DNA of 64,000 bases. Origin: Candidatus Poribacteria bacterium. GTDB taxonomy: Bacteria; Poribacteria; WGA-4E; PCPOR2b. Location of the stretch: assembly GCA_965218095.1 (NCBI GenBank), contig OZ244587.1, forward strand, positions 128,001-192,000. Reading direction: 5' to 3'. Each line of letters starts with the position of its first letter. The first letter of the stretch is position 1. The position numbers were made by a program, and so were the translations under genes. Shown here piece by piece: positions 10,061-19,229 of the stretch. The notes below the pieces were generated by a model. It had not been told where the DNA came from and did not search any database. It worked only from the letters and a program-made list of their open reading frames with translations.

Positions 10061-10307
10061 TGTCACTAACGTGTGAAAGCCTTTTGGGGTCTCCCTCTCC
10101 GCTTAGGCAGTTGCCAAAGCGGTGCTGGCGCCACATAGCAGAACAGTTGTCTGACACGCCATTGATGATCTGTTATCCCGGCGACCGTCGCCGGCGTGTA
10201 TTCACCCATCTTTCTTTCCTCCTAAAAAAAGAATGTCAGAGAGTGTGTCCCGAAAATTCCCAGTGGGACACACTTTCTGAGTGATGAAATTTCTTCTGCC
10301 AAAAGTT

Positions 10308-11360
10308 TCAGAACGAACGTGACATCGTAAGGGAAACAGTTGTTCCGAGTTCAAAAGCGTCACCTTCATCTGATAATGTCCTTCGGTGCAATGGCAGCAT
10401 AACGGAAAAGCGTGTTGGTATGTCGTATCCAGCATTCACCGTTGTACCGAACAACACTGCATTGAGTACTAAACCTGAGTTAATATCCCGCTCACCGTCC
10501 CAGTGGGCGTAGGATTGGTAAAACCCCAGATAGGTCGTATGAAGCGCAAGCCAATCTAGCAGGTGATATTTCACTTCTGCTGTCGAAGTTACTTCCACAG
10601 ACCCACGATAGGTTTTGCTGTTTTCATAGAACGGAAATTGCCCTCTGACAGAAGCACTCAGCGAAAAATCACTAAAGAGTGGCGTTCCGTAATGTAGTTC
10701 AGCCAATGGATTGAACGTCCTTGTTCCAAACTGGATATGGAGATGTTCCAATCCAGCATCACCCAACTCGAATGGGTTTTCCTCTGTCTTGCCTATCGGA
10801 ATGCTCGTTCCCAGTGATGCAACCAGGTCGTCGCTTTCGCGCAAGACACCAAACCTTCTGTGAGAAAACAGAAGCCTGAAATCGGAGAATCCTCGATAGG
10901 TTTCATCGCGGTGGTGGATATTCTGGTTTGCAAGTATCGCCCCGCGCTCGCGGGGGGACGTGGATTCAATTTCCTCAACGCTTGCGTCCTGACTCTTGAT
11001 TCCATAAGGCACACTGAGTAAGACTTCCCAGCTATCAGCTATGCTATACCCAATGCCCAAATCCACACGAAGAAAATCAAGAGAGACAAGGTGTCTGTGC
11101 AGTGGTGACTTAATAACTTGCCGAGTCGGGGAAAGTCCCTTCGTCTCTAAATGTCCACCGTCAGAGTCAAAACCTCTTAGTACATTGAGAGAGACCCGAA
11201 ATTTACGTGTGTCTTCTGAAGCCGAACCGACTTCATCTATCCCGCTACGCGGAATTGCGGGATTGCTTCAAGCGCCGCACGATTCTTGACCGAATGCAAA
11301 CGGCAAGAGATGGAAGAAACCAAGTAGCAGCGTGGTTAAAAAGACTGTCGTTTTCATCAT
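10308..11360 (-). CDS. Putative outer-membrane beta-barrel selenoprotein with an N-terminal CxxU motif (UGA at 11270-11268)
   Basis: ATG 11360 MMKTTVFLTTLLLGFFHLLPFAFG-QESCGA-TGA-SNPAIP continues in frame into ORF 10308-11066. Signal peptide, amphipathic beta-strands, C-terminal Phe and a SECIS-like hairpin. Confidence 0.75.
11239..11255 (-). promoter_or_regulatory. Bacterial SECIS-like hairpin
   Basis: ATTCCGC-GTA-GCGGGAT (7 bp including one G-U); loop at +20..+22 from the UGA, the same spacing as the UGSC hairpin. Confidence 0.65.
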
Positions 11361-11456
11361 TCACCTCAAGTAATCAATGAATAGAAATAAATAGAGCGAT
11401 GCACTAAGGCTGTCAATTGAGAATCAAAGACTGACAAAGCCTCAGAAACTGTAAAA

Positions 11457-11903
11457 TTAGATATGAGAAAATTTGGGAGGTGAATGCGGTGGGGCGCGAG
11501 GGGAAGCCTGACAGATAGGAAAATATTCGTAGAAATTTAGGAATGGTCGAGGTCGGAGAGTGGTTTCATAAGAAGAAGAGAAAGCAGAAGGGGAAGGAAG
11601 TATGACGGTTAGCGAAAATGTTGTGTGAAATAGCTTGCTCAAATCCAAATCGTTAGATTCGTTTGGGATGGTGAGTTTCAATCCAACGAAGCAACAGTTT
11701 CCAATTTGAGGCTTTTCCTGTTGAGGCGTATTTTTAGTCCCTGTGTTGCAGTGATTTGAGCAGCTTGGGCATGATGGGATTTTTCCAATTGAGGTGGAGT
11801 CCAGGACAGAGAATCCACAATCCCCCTGCATGAGGGCTGGACAGAGATTGTAGAATGAAAAGCCGAAAAGGAAAAGGATAGATATAATTGGCTTTATCTT
11901 CAT
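11457..11903 (-). CDS. DUF2946/CruR/CutF-like protein (signal peptide, CxxC, C-terminal RAPP motif)
   Basis: MKIKPIISILFLFG..., SCPSCSNHC, NCC, and PRAPP ending 9 residues before the C-terminus. Confidence 0.7.
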   Translation of the reverse strand: MKIKPIISILFLFGFSFYNLCPALMQGDCGFSVLDSTSIGKIPSCPSCSNHCNTGTKNTPQQEKPQIGNCCFVGLKLTIPNESNDLDLSKLFHTTFSLTVILPSPSAFSSSYETTLRPRPFLNFYEYFPICQASPRAPPHSPPKFSHI

Positions 11904-12125
11904 CGTTGATTTAGCTCTACGAGGTGTTGTGAAGGGCAATGGACAAGATTATACAGGATAGTTTCCTTCGGATTCAAGGTGCGTTTACTATGATACTTGG
12001 ACGATTAGGGCGTCGGTGGGTTTACTGCTAGTGTTTAAATATTTACCCCTGCTTCCTCTGCACACATAAATGCGGTAGCTTCTTCAGCGCAGTTTTCTGT
12101 GAGCCGGAAAACGGGAAATCGGGAT

Positions 12126-13616
12126 TTATGAAGATGTCACCAACTTCGTAGAAATCTTGAGACGGCGCCGTACGAACTGTGATACGGAGTCAATGCACAT
12201 GTTGAGCACCGCCGTGACAAGAATAAGTAGAATCACCTTATCAAGCTGGTCATCGGAAATTGCACTGTCAATATAAAATCCCAGCGTGTAGATGCCAAGG
12301 AGGCCGAGGATGGCGGACTCCCGCATCATCACCTCCCAACGGTAAAACAGGAAGGCAAGGAACTGTCCGTATACCCGCGGAAGGATCTCAAAAAAATACC
12401 GGTCCATCCGTTTGCGGGGCGCATCCATCCGTAGGGAGATCAGGTCTGCGTTGTTGCTGCTCAGGAAGGCGAGGATGGCCCCATTGTGCAACAAAATTGC
12501 CCAGACAGCCGGGAGCATGGACGGCCCCCAGAGTTGTACAAAGATATACGCCAGAATGTACTCCGGGGTTGTGCGAATGACGATCAGGGCGTAGTGCGAA
12601 ATCCGATTAGCGATCTTCCCCGCGAAATGCCGGCAGGCTGAAGGAAAGCTCAACAGCGTAAACACGCCGGTCCCCATCAGCACGATCTGTGTTAGCACCA
12701 CCGTGTTCCACACCCCTTCCCATGCCTCTTGGACAAAAATCTCCTTCGCCCATCGCAGGACGGGGCCCCAGGCGAACGATACCGCGTGGGTACCATCCAT
12801 CAACCCCTCCCGGCGCATTGGCCACGGCAGAATCTCGTACGTGAAGAAGCGAAGGACGTTTTCCCAGGACAGTGCGATTTCCTGTGACAGCAGCACAAAC
12901 GCCGCCGCAACATAAAATGGCGCCAGACGGGGCTTGAGCCAGTACTTGAGTGAGGCAACCAGGAGGTAGAAAGCGTAGAGCAGCGCCGCAGCCTCTGAGT
13001 ACATGCCTTCGCGAAATGCGGTCTCAAGATGAAATCCGAGCGTCGGCAGCCCAATGAATCCGAGAATCGCGCTGGAGCGTAGGGCGCACTCGAAACGGTA
13101 GCCGGTATAGTGTTTGGCGTCGGCATAGATGATAGGAAGGATGCCATAGACAAAGCGGCTCAAACCTCCAGACGCTCTAGGAACGCCCTCTAGTGGACGC
13201 CGATCCGACTCCTGAATAATCTCTGCATACACCTTGGCAAAGATACCAGCATAGGGAATCGCGATGGCGAGCACACCGCAGATTGGGTTGAGTCCAACAA
13301 TAGGGAGGAAGATGAAAGCCCAGAAAATCTCGTGAATGGCGCGGATAAAAGCGCAGAACAACCTGACAGGGGTAAAACGGAAGACGAACGCCAGCCCGAT
13401 ACCAAGTACTACACCCAGAAAAATACCGCAGAGGGCAAAGACCACCGTGTTGAGCAGCGCAGATTTCAAACCCCAGAGGGCAGGAACATCCGGGGTGATT
13501 GCGCCCCAGGCCATTCGGCTCAGTTCTGTCCAGGGGTGCAATGTGGAGATTTCAAGGTCTGCCAACAGGAGAGCTATCAGGGCAATCGCGACAAAGAAAA
13601 GGCTGGTTCTCAACAT
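12126..13616 (-). CDS. PhnE/PtxC-like ABC permease (two fused permease domains)
   Basis: RAIHEIFWA, GIFAKVYAE, YRFECALRSSAILGFIG, YRWEVMMRESAILGLLG. Confidence 0.88.
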   Translation of the reverse strand: MLRTSLFFVAIALIALLLADLEISTLHPWTELSRMAWGAITPDVPALWGLKSALLNTVVFALCGIFLGVVLGIGLAFVFRFTPVRLFCAFIRAIHEIFWAFIFLPIVGLNPICGVLAIAIPYAGIFAKVYAEIIQESDRRPLEGVPRASGGLSRFVYGILPIIYADAKHYTGYRFECALRSSAILGFIGLPTLGFHLETAFREGMYSEAAALLYAFYLLVASLKYWLKPRLAPFYVAAAFVLLSQEIALSWENVLRFFTYEILPWPMRREGLMDGTHAVSFAWGPVLRWAKEIFVQEAWEGVWNTVVLTQIVLMGTGVFTLLSFPSACRHFAGKIANRISHYALIVIRTTPEYILAYIFVQLWGPSMLPAVWAILLHNGAILAFLSSNNADLISLRMDAPRKRMDRYFFEILPRVYGQFLAFLFYRWEVMMRESAILGLLGIYTLGFYIDSAISDDQLDKVILLILVTAVLNMCIDSVSQFVRRRLKISTKLVTSS

Positions 13617-13648
13617 AGCAATGGTATAACCTTTGAAAGGTTCTGAAT

Positions 13649-14335
13649 TTAAAGGGTTTTCTCATTCCGATACAGTTCCGTAAGCATTGTTTGCGTCACT
13701 TCCCCGGCTGGCAGATCGAATTGAATCTCCCCATCACGAAGCCCGACCATCCGTTGTGCGAACTTTAGGGCGAATTCCACCGCGTGCAGTGACACCACAA
13801 CGGTTTCCGTATTCTGGATAATGATTTCCATCACCGTGCCTGCCTGGTGGGGGTCTATTGAGGATACCGGTTCATCCGCCAACAGGATATCCTCTCCGCG
13901 GTAAATCGCACGCGCAACGGCTACCCGCTGCTGCTGTCCTCCAGACAGCGCACCAGCCTTTTCAAAGGTTTTCTCCTCCATCCCCAGTGCGCGTAGGATG
14001 GGAGCGATTTCCCGCAACACCTTCTTCTGCGGCTTAATTAGGTTCAGGAGATTGTAGGCTGTGGAATGCCGATCAAGCCGCCCAATATAGATATTGTGGA
14101 AGGCAGAGAGCTGCGGCGCCAGGGCATAGTGCTGATGCACAAATGCAGACTGGTCCGCAACGCTTTCGTAGAGTGTGCGCAGCAAGGTGGTTTTGCCGGC
14201 GCCGCTCGGACCCACCAGCGCGACCTTTTCTCCCCTGTCGATTTGCAGAGTGATATTTTTCAAGGCAACGTTGTGTTGGTAGGCTACACTTTCTGCAACC
14301 AGACTAAACAGCGCGGTATCGGCAGGTGACTTCAT
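13649..14335 (-). CDS. PhnC-like ABC transporter ATP-binding protein
   Basis: GPSGAGKT, LSGGQQQRVAVARA, LADEPVSSIDP. Confidence 0.9.
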   Translation of the reverse strand: MKSPADTALFSLVAESVAYQHNVALKNITLQIDRGEKVALVGPSGAGKTTLLRTLYESVADQSAFVHQHYALAPQLSAFHNIYIGRLDRHSTAYNLLNLIKPQKKVLREIAPILRALGMEEKTFEKAGALSGGQQQRVAVARAIYRGEDILLADEPVSSIDPHQAGTVMEIIIQNTETVVVSLHAVEFALKFAQRMVGLRDGEIQFDLPAGEVTQTMLTELYRNEKTL

Positions 14336-14818
14336 ATCCCAGTAATTGAAGATGAAAGATGAAAACTGAAGAACTAGCCCTCATCAAAACAGTTCTATCG
14401 TACAAACATCAGCGTTTGAAAATGTTGTACTGTTCGACAAATTCATCATAGGTTGTGAGTGCTTCTTTCGTGTCTTTATCAAGAATTTTGATTTGACAAG
14501 GTAACCATCCCAACTTGCCGAGGCGGTCTCCTGTAACTTGAGGGCGTCGAGCACCGCTTCATCCGCAATGGCGTCAAATTCAGCGTCCGTGATTCGCCCT
14601 TTCTGTTTGTTTCACAATGCTCTCGAAACCGCCCGTGAGCGAGGTAGGCTCCCGACGACAGTCACGGGAAATTGGGGTATATTTTTCATCGATTAAACAT
14701 CCGGCACTATTATTTATTGGACTTACGCAGTTGAACAGACGGATTAAATTTCCAACCTTCTTGTGTCCAACGGGGGTTCGGATGGCTTGGTTTGGCTGTC
14801 GCCGCCTTGTTGAGATGA

Positions 14819-15949
14819 TTATTTTTCGATAAGGAATAGGAATTCTCTATTTGGCAGTTCCGCATCGCTTAGCCATTCATTGGTCCAGCACATTCTAGCC
14901 ATCACGTTCTTTTTGTAATCGATTTCTATCACATCCAAGAGCGTACCGTTCGCCCTGATGACCTCGTTGAGCTCATCCGCTGTTGCGCGACCGCCAGAGC
15001 TGTATGACAAGATGACGAACTTGGCTTGCACCCTTCTGATGAGACGCTCAATTGCCTCAACCGCGACAAATTGACCGCTACCATCACGGCGGAATTCTTC
15101 AAAAACGGATGATGCAACCTTGTCGGATGTGTCTGTTCTTCGTTTCGCTTTTCCAAAGAGTTCCGCCCGATCGTAAAGGCAGATGCTTGTCCAAATGTGA
15201 TAGTAAGCGGCGTATCGCACCCGTGAAGGCGGCATCTTCTCGCTATTAGAACCGTAAGGCGGATCGAGATATGCCAAATCTACATCGACATCATTGATTA
15301 TCTCAAAGACATCAGCACGAGACACCTGATGCTCATGCTCGGTCGAAAAGAGCATCGGCACCCTTAACTGAAGATGATTGTAAGATCGAGGAGACCAGTC
15401 TTTGAGGTATGAGGCGAAATGCCCAAGGGTGCTATCAACTTTATCAAGTGCAAGAATCAGACTCGTTATGGCGACCGCTTTATCAACAGTCTCGAGATGG
15501 AGAGATTCTATTTCATCACGGATGCCATCCAGCTTTCTTGTGTTGTGTATTTGCCAAGGCTTCTTCATGCCATCCGACTGAATCGCCGATCCGCCATTCG
15601 GCAGCCCACCGTAGTGTTCGGTGAACCAACCATCAACCGGCTTTGTGTGATTGAGGTGAGCTATCAGCTCCTTATATGCATCCGGTCTCTTTTGGGTTCG
15701 CAAGTAGCAGTCGCCCAAAACCTCAGACCACACGGCGATGTCGTTGCAATAAACGCTGTATCCCGATTTGGCAAAGGCTTGAGAGACACGGGTGGTGCCT
15801 GAAAAGGCGTCAAATACCGTCTCTGCTTTAACTCGTTTAGCGAGTTGGAGAATATATGGGAGCAACTTGAGTTTTGAGCCGGCATATTTGATGCCTTCTG
15901 TGGGTGGCGCGTCAACGACAAGCTCATCAAATAGTGATCGTGCCTGCAT
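14819..15949 (-). CDS. DNA adenine methyltransferase (D12 class, alpha type)
   Basis: IKYAGSKLKL, DAFSGT, YLDPPY. Start at MQARSLF overlaps the upstream stop (TAATG). Confidence 0.88.
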   Translation of the reverse strand: MQARSLFDELVVDAPPTEGIKYAGSKLKLLPYILQLAKRVKAETVFDAFSGTTRVSQAFAKSGYSVYCNDIAVWSEVLGDCYLRTQKRPDAYKELIAHLNHTKPVDGWFTEHYGGLPNGGSAIQSDGMKKPWQIHNTRKLDGIRDEIESLHLETVDKAVAITSLILALDKVDSTLGHFASYLKDWSPRSYNHLQLRVPMLFSTEHEHQVSRADVFEIINDVDVDLAYLDPPYGSNSEKMPPSRVRYAAYYHIWTSICLYDRAELFGKAKRRTDTSDKVASSVFEEFRRDGSGQFVAVEAIERLIRRVQAKFVILSYSSGGRATADELNEVIRANGTLLDVIEIDYKKNVMARMCWTNEWLSDAELPNREFLFLIEK

Positions 15950-16160
15950 TATTGACCCATCCCTGATATCTTCTTGAGTTGAAAAATATCTTCTTTGACT
16001 TTTTCGAGAGCCCCCTGATGGCCAGCTTCGGAAGATACCAGAGCGTGAGAGAATAGCTTTACGAGAACGAGGTTGTGTGAATAGTCGATCCAACCATTGG
16101 TAATGCTATCAAAGTATTTCAACCCCTTTTTGGTATGAGTCCAAAGGCCACGTTGTAAGG
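15949..16160 (-). pseudogene. 3' remnant of a gene translationally coupled to the MTase (possibly its endonuclease)
   Basis: Open frame GLWTHTKKGLKYFDSITNGWIDYSHNLVLVKLF...ISGMGQ-TAA with no start codon. Confidence 0.4.
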
Positions 16161-16397
16161 ATTAGTAGTCGTCATAGTGATAAATTTCTGCCCAACTCTT
16201 GATTAGACGGATTTTTTCGCATCACACAATACCAGAGGTGTTATACGGAATTTTGCTGATAAACGGCTGGTTAAGTGCTGTACGACTTGAATTTTAATGA
16301 TGCTCTCGCGTTTGTTTATTTGACCTCTTGGAGTTGGTCAGCCAACCATAAATTGGCCAATGTTTCGGGTAAAACTCCCTACACACGCGCTCGTGTT

Positions 16398-17579
16398 TCA
16401 ATCCGTAGCAATGCCAAGCTCGGATACGTCGATCTCGCCGGAGATGAATTTCGGGAGCAGCAGATCGCGGGTTTGGCGTAGGTTGGCGTTTTTAAGATCT
16501 AAAGCAACAATGTTATCAAAAATAGGTTCAATCATTTTGTTGAATCTGTCTAACAAACTTTGCGGAGGCGAAAGGGTTGGAATCCTATTCAGATTGTGTT
16601 GGTTAATCTTTGGCTGTGCGGTGCCTGTAATATAACTCGAAATGGCTACGTTGGACATGAACAAATAAAGAAAGTTTGTCGAAATCGGAGCTTTTCCTTG
16701 AACGACATGTGTATGATTATTTACCCAGAATTTACCAGTTACTAACTGTAGTACAGGCTTCCCATCTTCGGTAATAACACTGCCATCTTCCGCAATTAAT
16801 AAATACCTCCCATCAAATAGATAACCGTTGATATGATCTAAGATTTTAGCAGCACCATAATATGGATATTCACCTTGCATGGTGGATCTAGCCATCCCTG
16901 ACAGTGGTTTCCGCTGACGATCAAAGTTAAGGGAAACTTCGCCAAAGCTCTTTACCTCCCACCCCTGCGGTATCAACCCCAACTCCGACTCCACCATCTC
17001 CACCTGCTCATGTCTCGGAAAGCGGAACTCGACAAACCATTGTCGGTAGATTGTTTGCGCCATCTCCTCAAGGATCTTGATGCGGCGGGTGTTGTTTTCA
17101 ATCAAGTCGTCGTAGGGACTGAGGACTGCGGCGATTTTGCGTTGGATTTGGTAAGGTGGTAGGGATAATCTTATTGCTTTCAGATTTGCTTGCGATAGCT
17201 TAGGCTGTGCAGTTCCTGTAATATAGCCTGAGATATTAGCAGACTGGATATAGCTCATCAAAAAATAATCGTCAGCAACTCCGGGTATACCTTGAACAAT
17301 ATGAGCATGATTATTGACCCAGAATTTGCCGGATGCAAAGAAGGCGATAGGTGTCTTTCTTTCCACGAGGTTTGCGCCATCTTCAGAAATCAGCAAGTAT
17401 CCTCTATCGAAAATATAATCATCAATGTAATCAATAATTCCCGATGCCCCGTAATACGGATACTTTCCCTGCCTTTGACTTCTCTGCTTGGTACTCAAAG
17501 GTATGCGTTTGTGATCGTAGAGTTCAATCACTTCACCGAAAGTTGTCTCTGTCCACGAATCTGTCATACCGTCTCCCAT
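16398..17579 (-). CDS. hsdS: Type I restriction-modification specificity subunit (orphan)
   Basis: TRD-CR-TRD-CR layout; QRKIAAVLS..DDLIENN, LIPQGWEV, LRQTRDLLLPKFISGEIDV. Confidence 0.92.
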   Translation of the reverse strand: MGDGMTDSWTETTFGEVIELYDHKRIPLSTKQRSQRQGKYPYYGASGIIDYIDDYIFDRGYLLISEDGANLVERKTPIAFFASGKFWVNNHAHIVQGIPGVADDYFLMSYIQSANISGYITGTAQPKLSQANLKAIRLSLPPYQIQRKIAAVLSPYDDLIENNTRRIKILEEMAQTIYRQWFVEFRFPRHEQVEMVESELGLIPQGWEVKSFGEVSLNFDRQRKPLSGMARSTMQGEYPYYGAAKILDHINGYLFDGRYLLIAEDGSVITEDGKPVLQLVTGKFWVNNHTHVVQGKAPISTNFLYLFMSNVAISSYITGTAQPKINQHNLNRIPTLSPPQSLLDRFNKMIEPIFDNIVALDLKNANLRQTRDLLLPKFISGEIDVSELGIATD

Positions 17580-17699
17580 ACCGTCTCCTCCAAAATCATC
17601 ACGACATTCCTGATTTATTTGGGCTCGCAGTCTATAGATTTATCAATCAAGATCCCGTGAGGAAAAGTATTCCATTATGTCGGCATGAATCCGATAAAA

Positions 17700-17878
17700 A
17701 CCTGTGTGTTCAATCTTTTCATAGGATTCGGAGTGAGCATTATACGTTGTCTGCGCTTCACCCGCAACTCAAACTCAACTTCATAGGGCTTATCCCAATA
17801 GTCGGCCAAGCTATGCGTATCCCAAAAGTCGGCGATCTCCTCTAAGGTTGTGCGTTTGAGATGCTGGTGGCATGTACA
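17700..17878 (-). pseudogene. CopG/BrnA-like antitoxin remnant
   Basis: EEIADFWDTHSLADYWD, then a frameshift to EVEFELRVKRRQRI. Confidence 0.5.
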
Positions 17879-17950
17879 TCGCCATCACCTTCAGTCGCCG
17901 CAAGGACAGGTGTGGAGGCCTGTCCTACAGCGATACTATTATCGGCTATG

Positions 17951-18997
17951 TTAGCGTGGGAGCGAGATTTGATTCGGAACGACAATTTCACCGGCAATGA
18001 TTCTTGCTTTCAGCGATTCAACGGTTTCTAAAATTTCGTCCGAAAGCAAAGATTGGTTGTGTTCATCAACGGCATAGCCGACTCCGCCATCTGCGAGTCC
18101 GAGGTATCGGACCCCTGCCATAAAATTGCTGTCAACGGTTTCACTGATGATTCCATACACAGAATCCTCAATCTGTTTGACCATGCTCGTCAAGACTATC
18201 CCGGGTGCGAGATGATTGCCATTGGAGTCAACCCAAATGACATATTTTTCCTGCTCTTGGGCGGCTTCAAGGATGCCCAGACCGGACCCGCCAGCAACGG
18301 CGAAAATGACATCAATTCCGCTCTCATATTGCGTTAACGCCATCTCTTTCGCCGTATCCGGCTGACTGAAACCACCTACATCCTCGCTGATGTATTCTAT
18401 GGAAACTGCCGCGTCTGGACTGACAGCCTGAACTCCGGCGATGTATCCGGCTTCAAATTCTTGTAATAAGGGGGCGTCCGCCCCGCCAATATAGCCAATT
18501 TTATCGCTCTCTGTTTTTAACGCGGCAATCGCCCCGACCAGAAATGAGCCTTCGTTTGCCTTATAGTTGATGGCGGCGACATTGGGAAGTTCAAGGACAA
18601 CATCAACAATTGCAAATTTGACATCGGGAAAGTCGGGCGCCACGCGAGAGAGCGGCCCGCCCATTTGGAAACCCGCAGTTAAAACGAGGTCTGAATTTTG
18701 AGCGGCCTCTCTTAACAGCATTTCTGTCACTACCGGATCGCTCTCCATTCCAATAACCTCGTTGAGGGTAATCCCGAGTTCTGCCTCCGCACGTTTTACT
18801 CCAATATAGAGACTGTCGCAGTAAGATGAATCCCCAACGCAATCGTCTGGATACATCATGGTTACGCGAATCGGCGCGGTATCCGGTCCGCTTGGCTGTT
18901 CAGAAAGGATGGCTTCCCGAACTAAGTCACAACTACAGATTAAAAATAGCCCTAGCGCCCAAAAGGGGTATTTTCTCAAGATGCTAAGATTTTTCAT
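17951..18997 (-). CDS. BMP-family ABC substrate-binding lipoprotein
   Basis: Lipobox-like LICSC; GDSSY, EGSFLVG, KIGYIGG, DVIFAVAGGSG, LTSMVK. Confidence 0.9.
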   Translation of the reverse strand: MKNLSILRKYPFWALGLFLICSCDLVREAILSEQPSGPDTAPIRVTMMYPDDCVGDSSYCDSLYIGVKRAEAELGITLNEVIGMESDPVVTEMLLREAAQNSDLVLTAGFQMGGPLSRVAPDFPDVKFAIVDVVLELPNVAAINYKANEGSFLVGAIAALKTESDKIGYIGGADAPLLQEFEAGYIAGVQAVSPDAAVSIEYISEDVGGFSQPDTAKEMALTQYESGIDVIFAVAGGSGLGILEAAQEQEKYVIWVDSNGNHLAPGIVLTSMVKQIEDSVYGIISETVDSNFMAGVRYLGLADGGVGYAVDEHNQSLLSDEILETVESLKARIIAGEIVVPNQISLPR

Positions 18998-19229
18998 ATT
19001 TGCTCCTTATGGTTACGCGAATCGGCGCGGTATCCGGTTCGCTTGGTGGTTTAGAAAGGATGACTTTCTGTGAGGTGAAACCTAACGAAAACAATGTTTC
19101 GCCACTTCCTTGAAATGTTAGCACAAGCGCCAGATTATTGCAAGGGCTGCGGCAAACGCCATCTGCTGCGTGGATATCGCGGTTAGAGCACATCAGTAGA
19201 GGCAGAAGGTGGTTAGCTGGAACGTATTG

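Noticed and set aside
12126-14335. Assigning phnC/phnE gene symbols (phosphonate uptake)
   Set aside because: No C-P lyase genes nearby, and the matching SBP looks like the putative selenate subfamily. Substrate is unproven, so no symbols are given.
14345-14620. Short fragments resembling a cobalamin-independent methionine synthase N-terminus (ITDAEFDAIADEAVLDALKLQE)
   Set aside because: About 30 codons with no start or continuation; too short to call beyond probable debris at the island edge.
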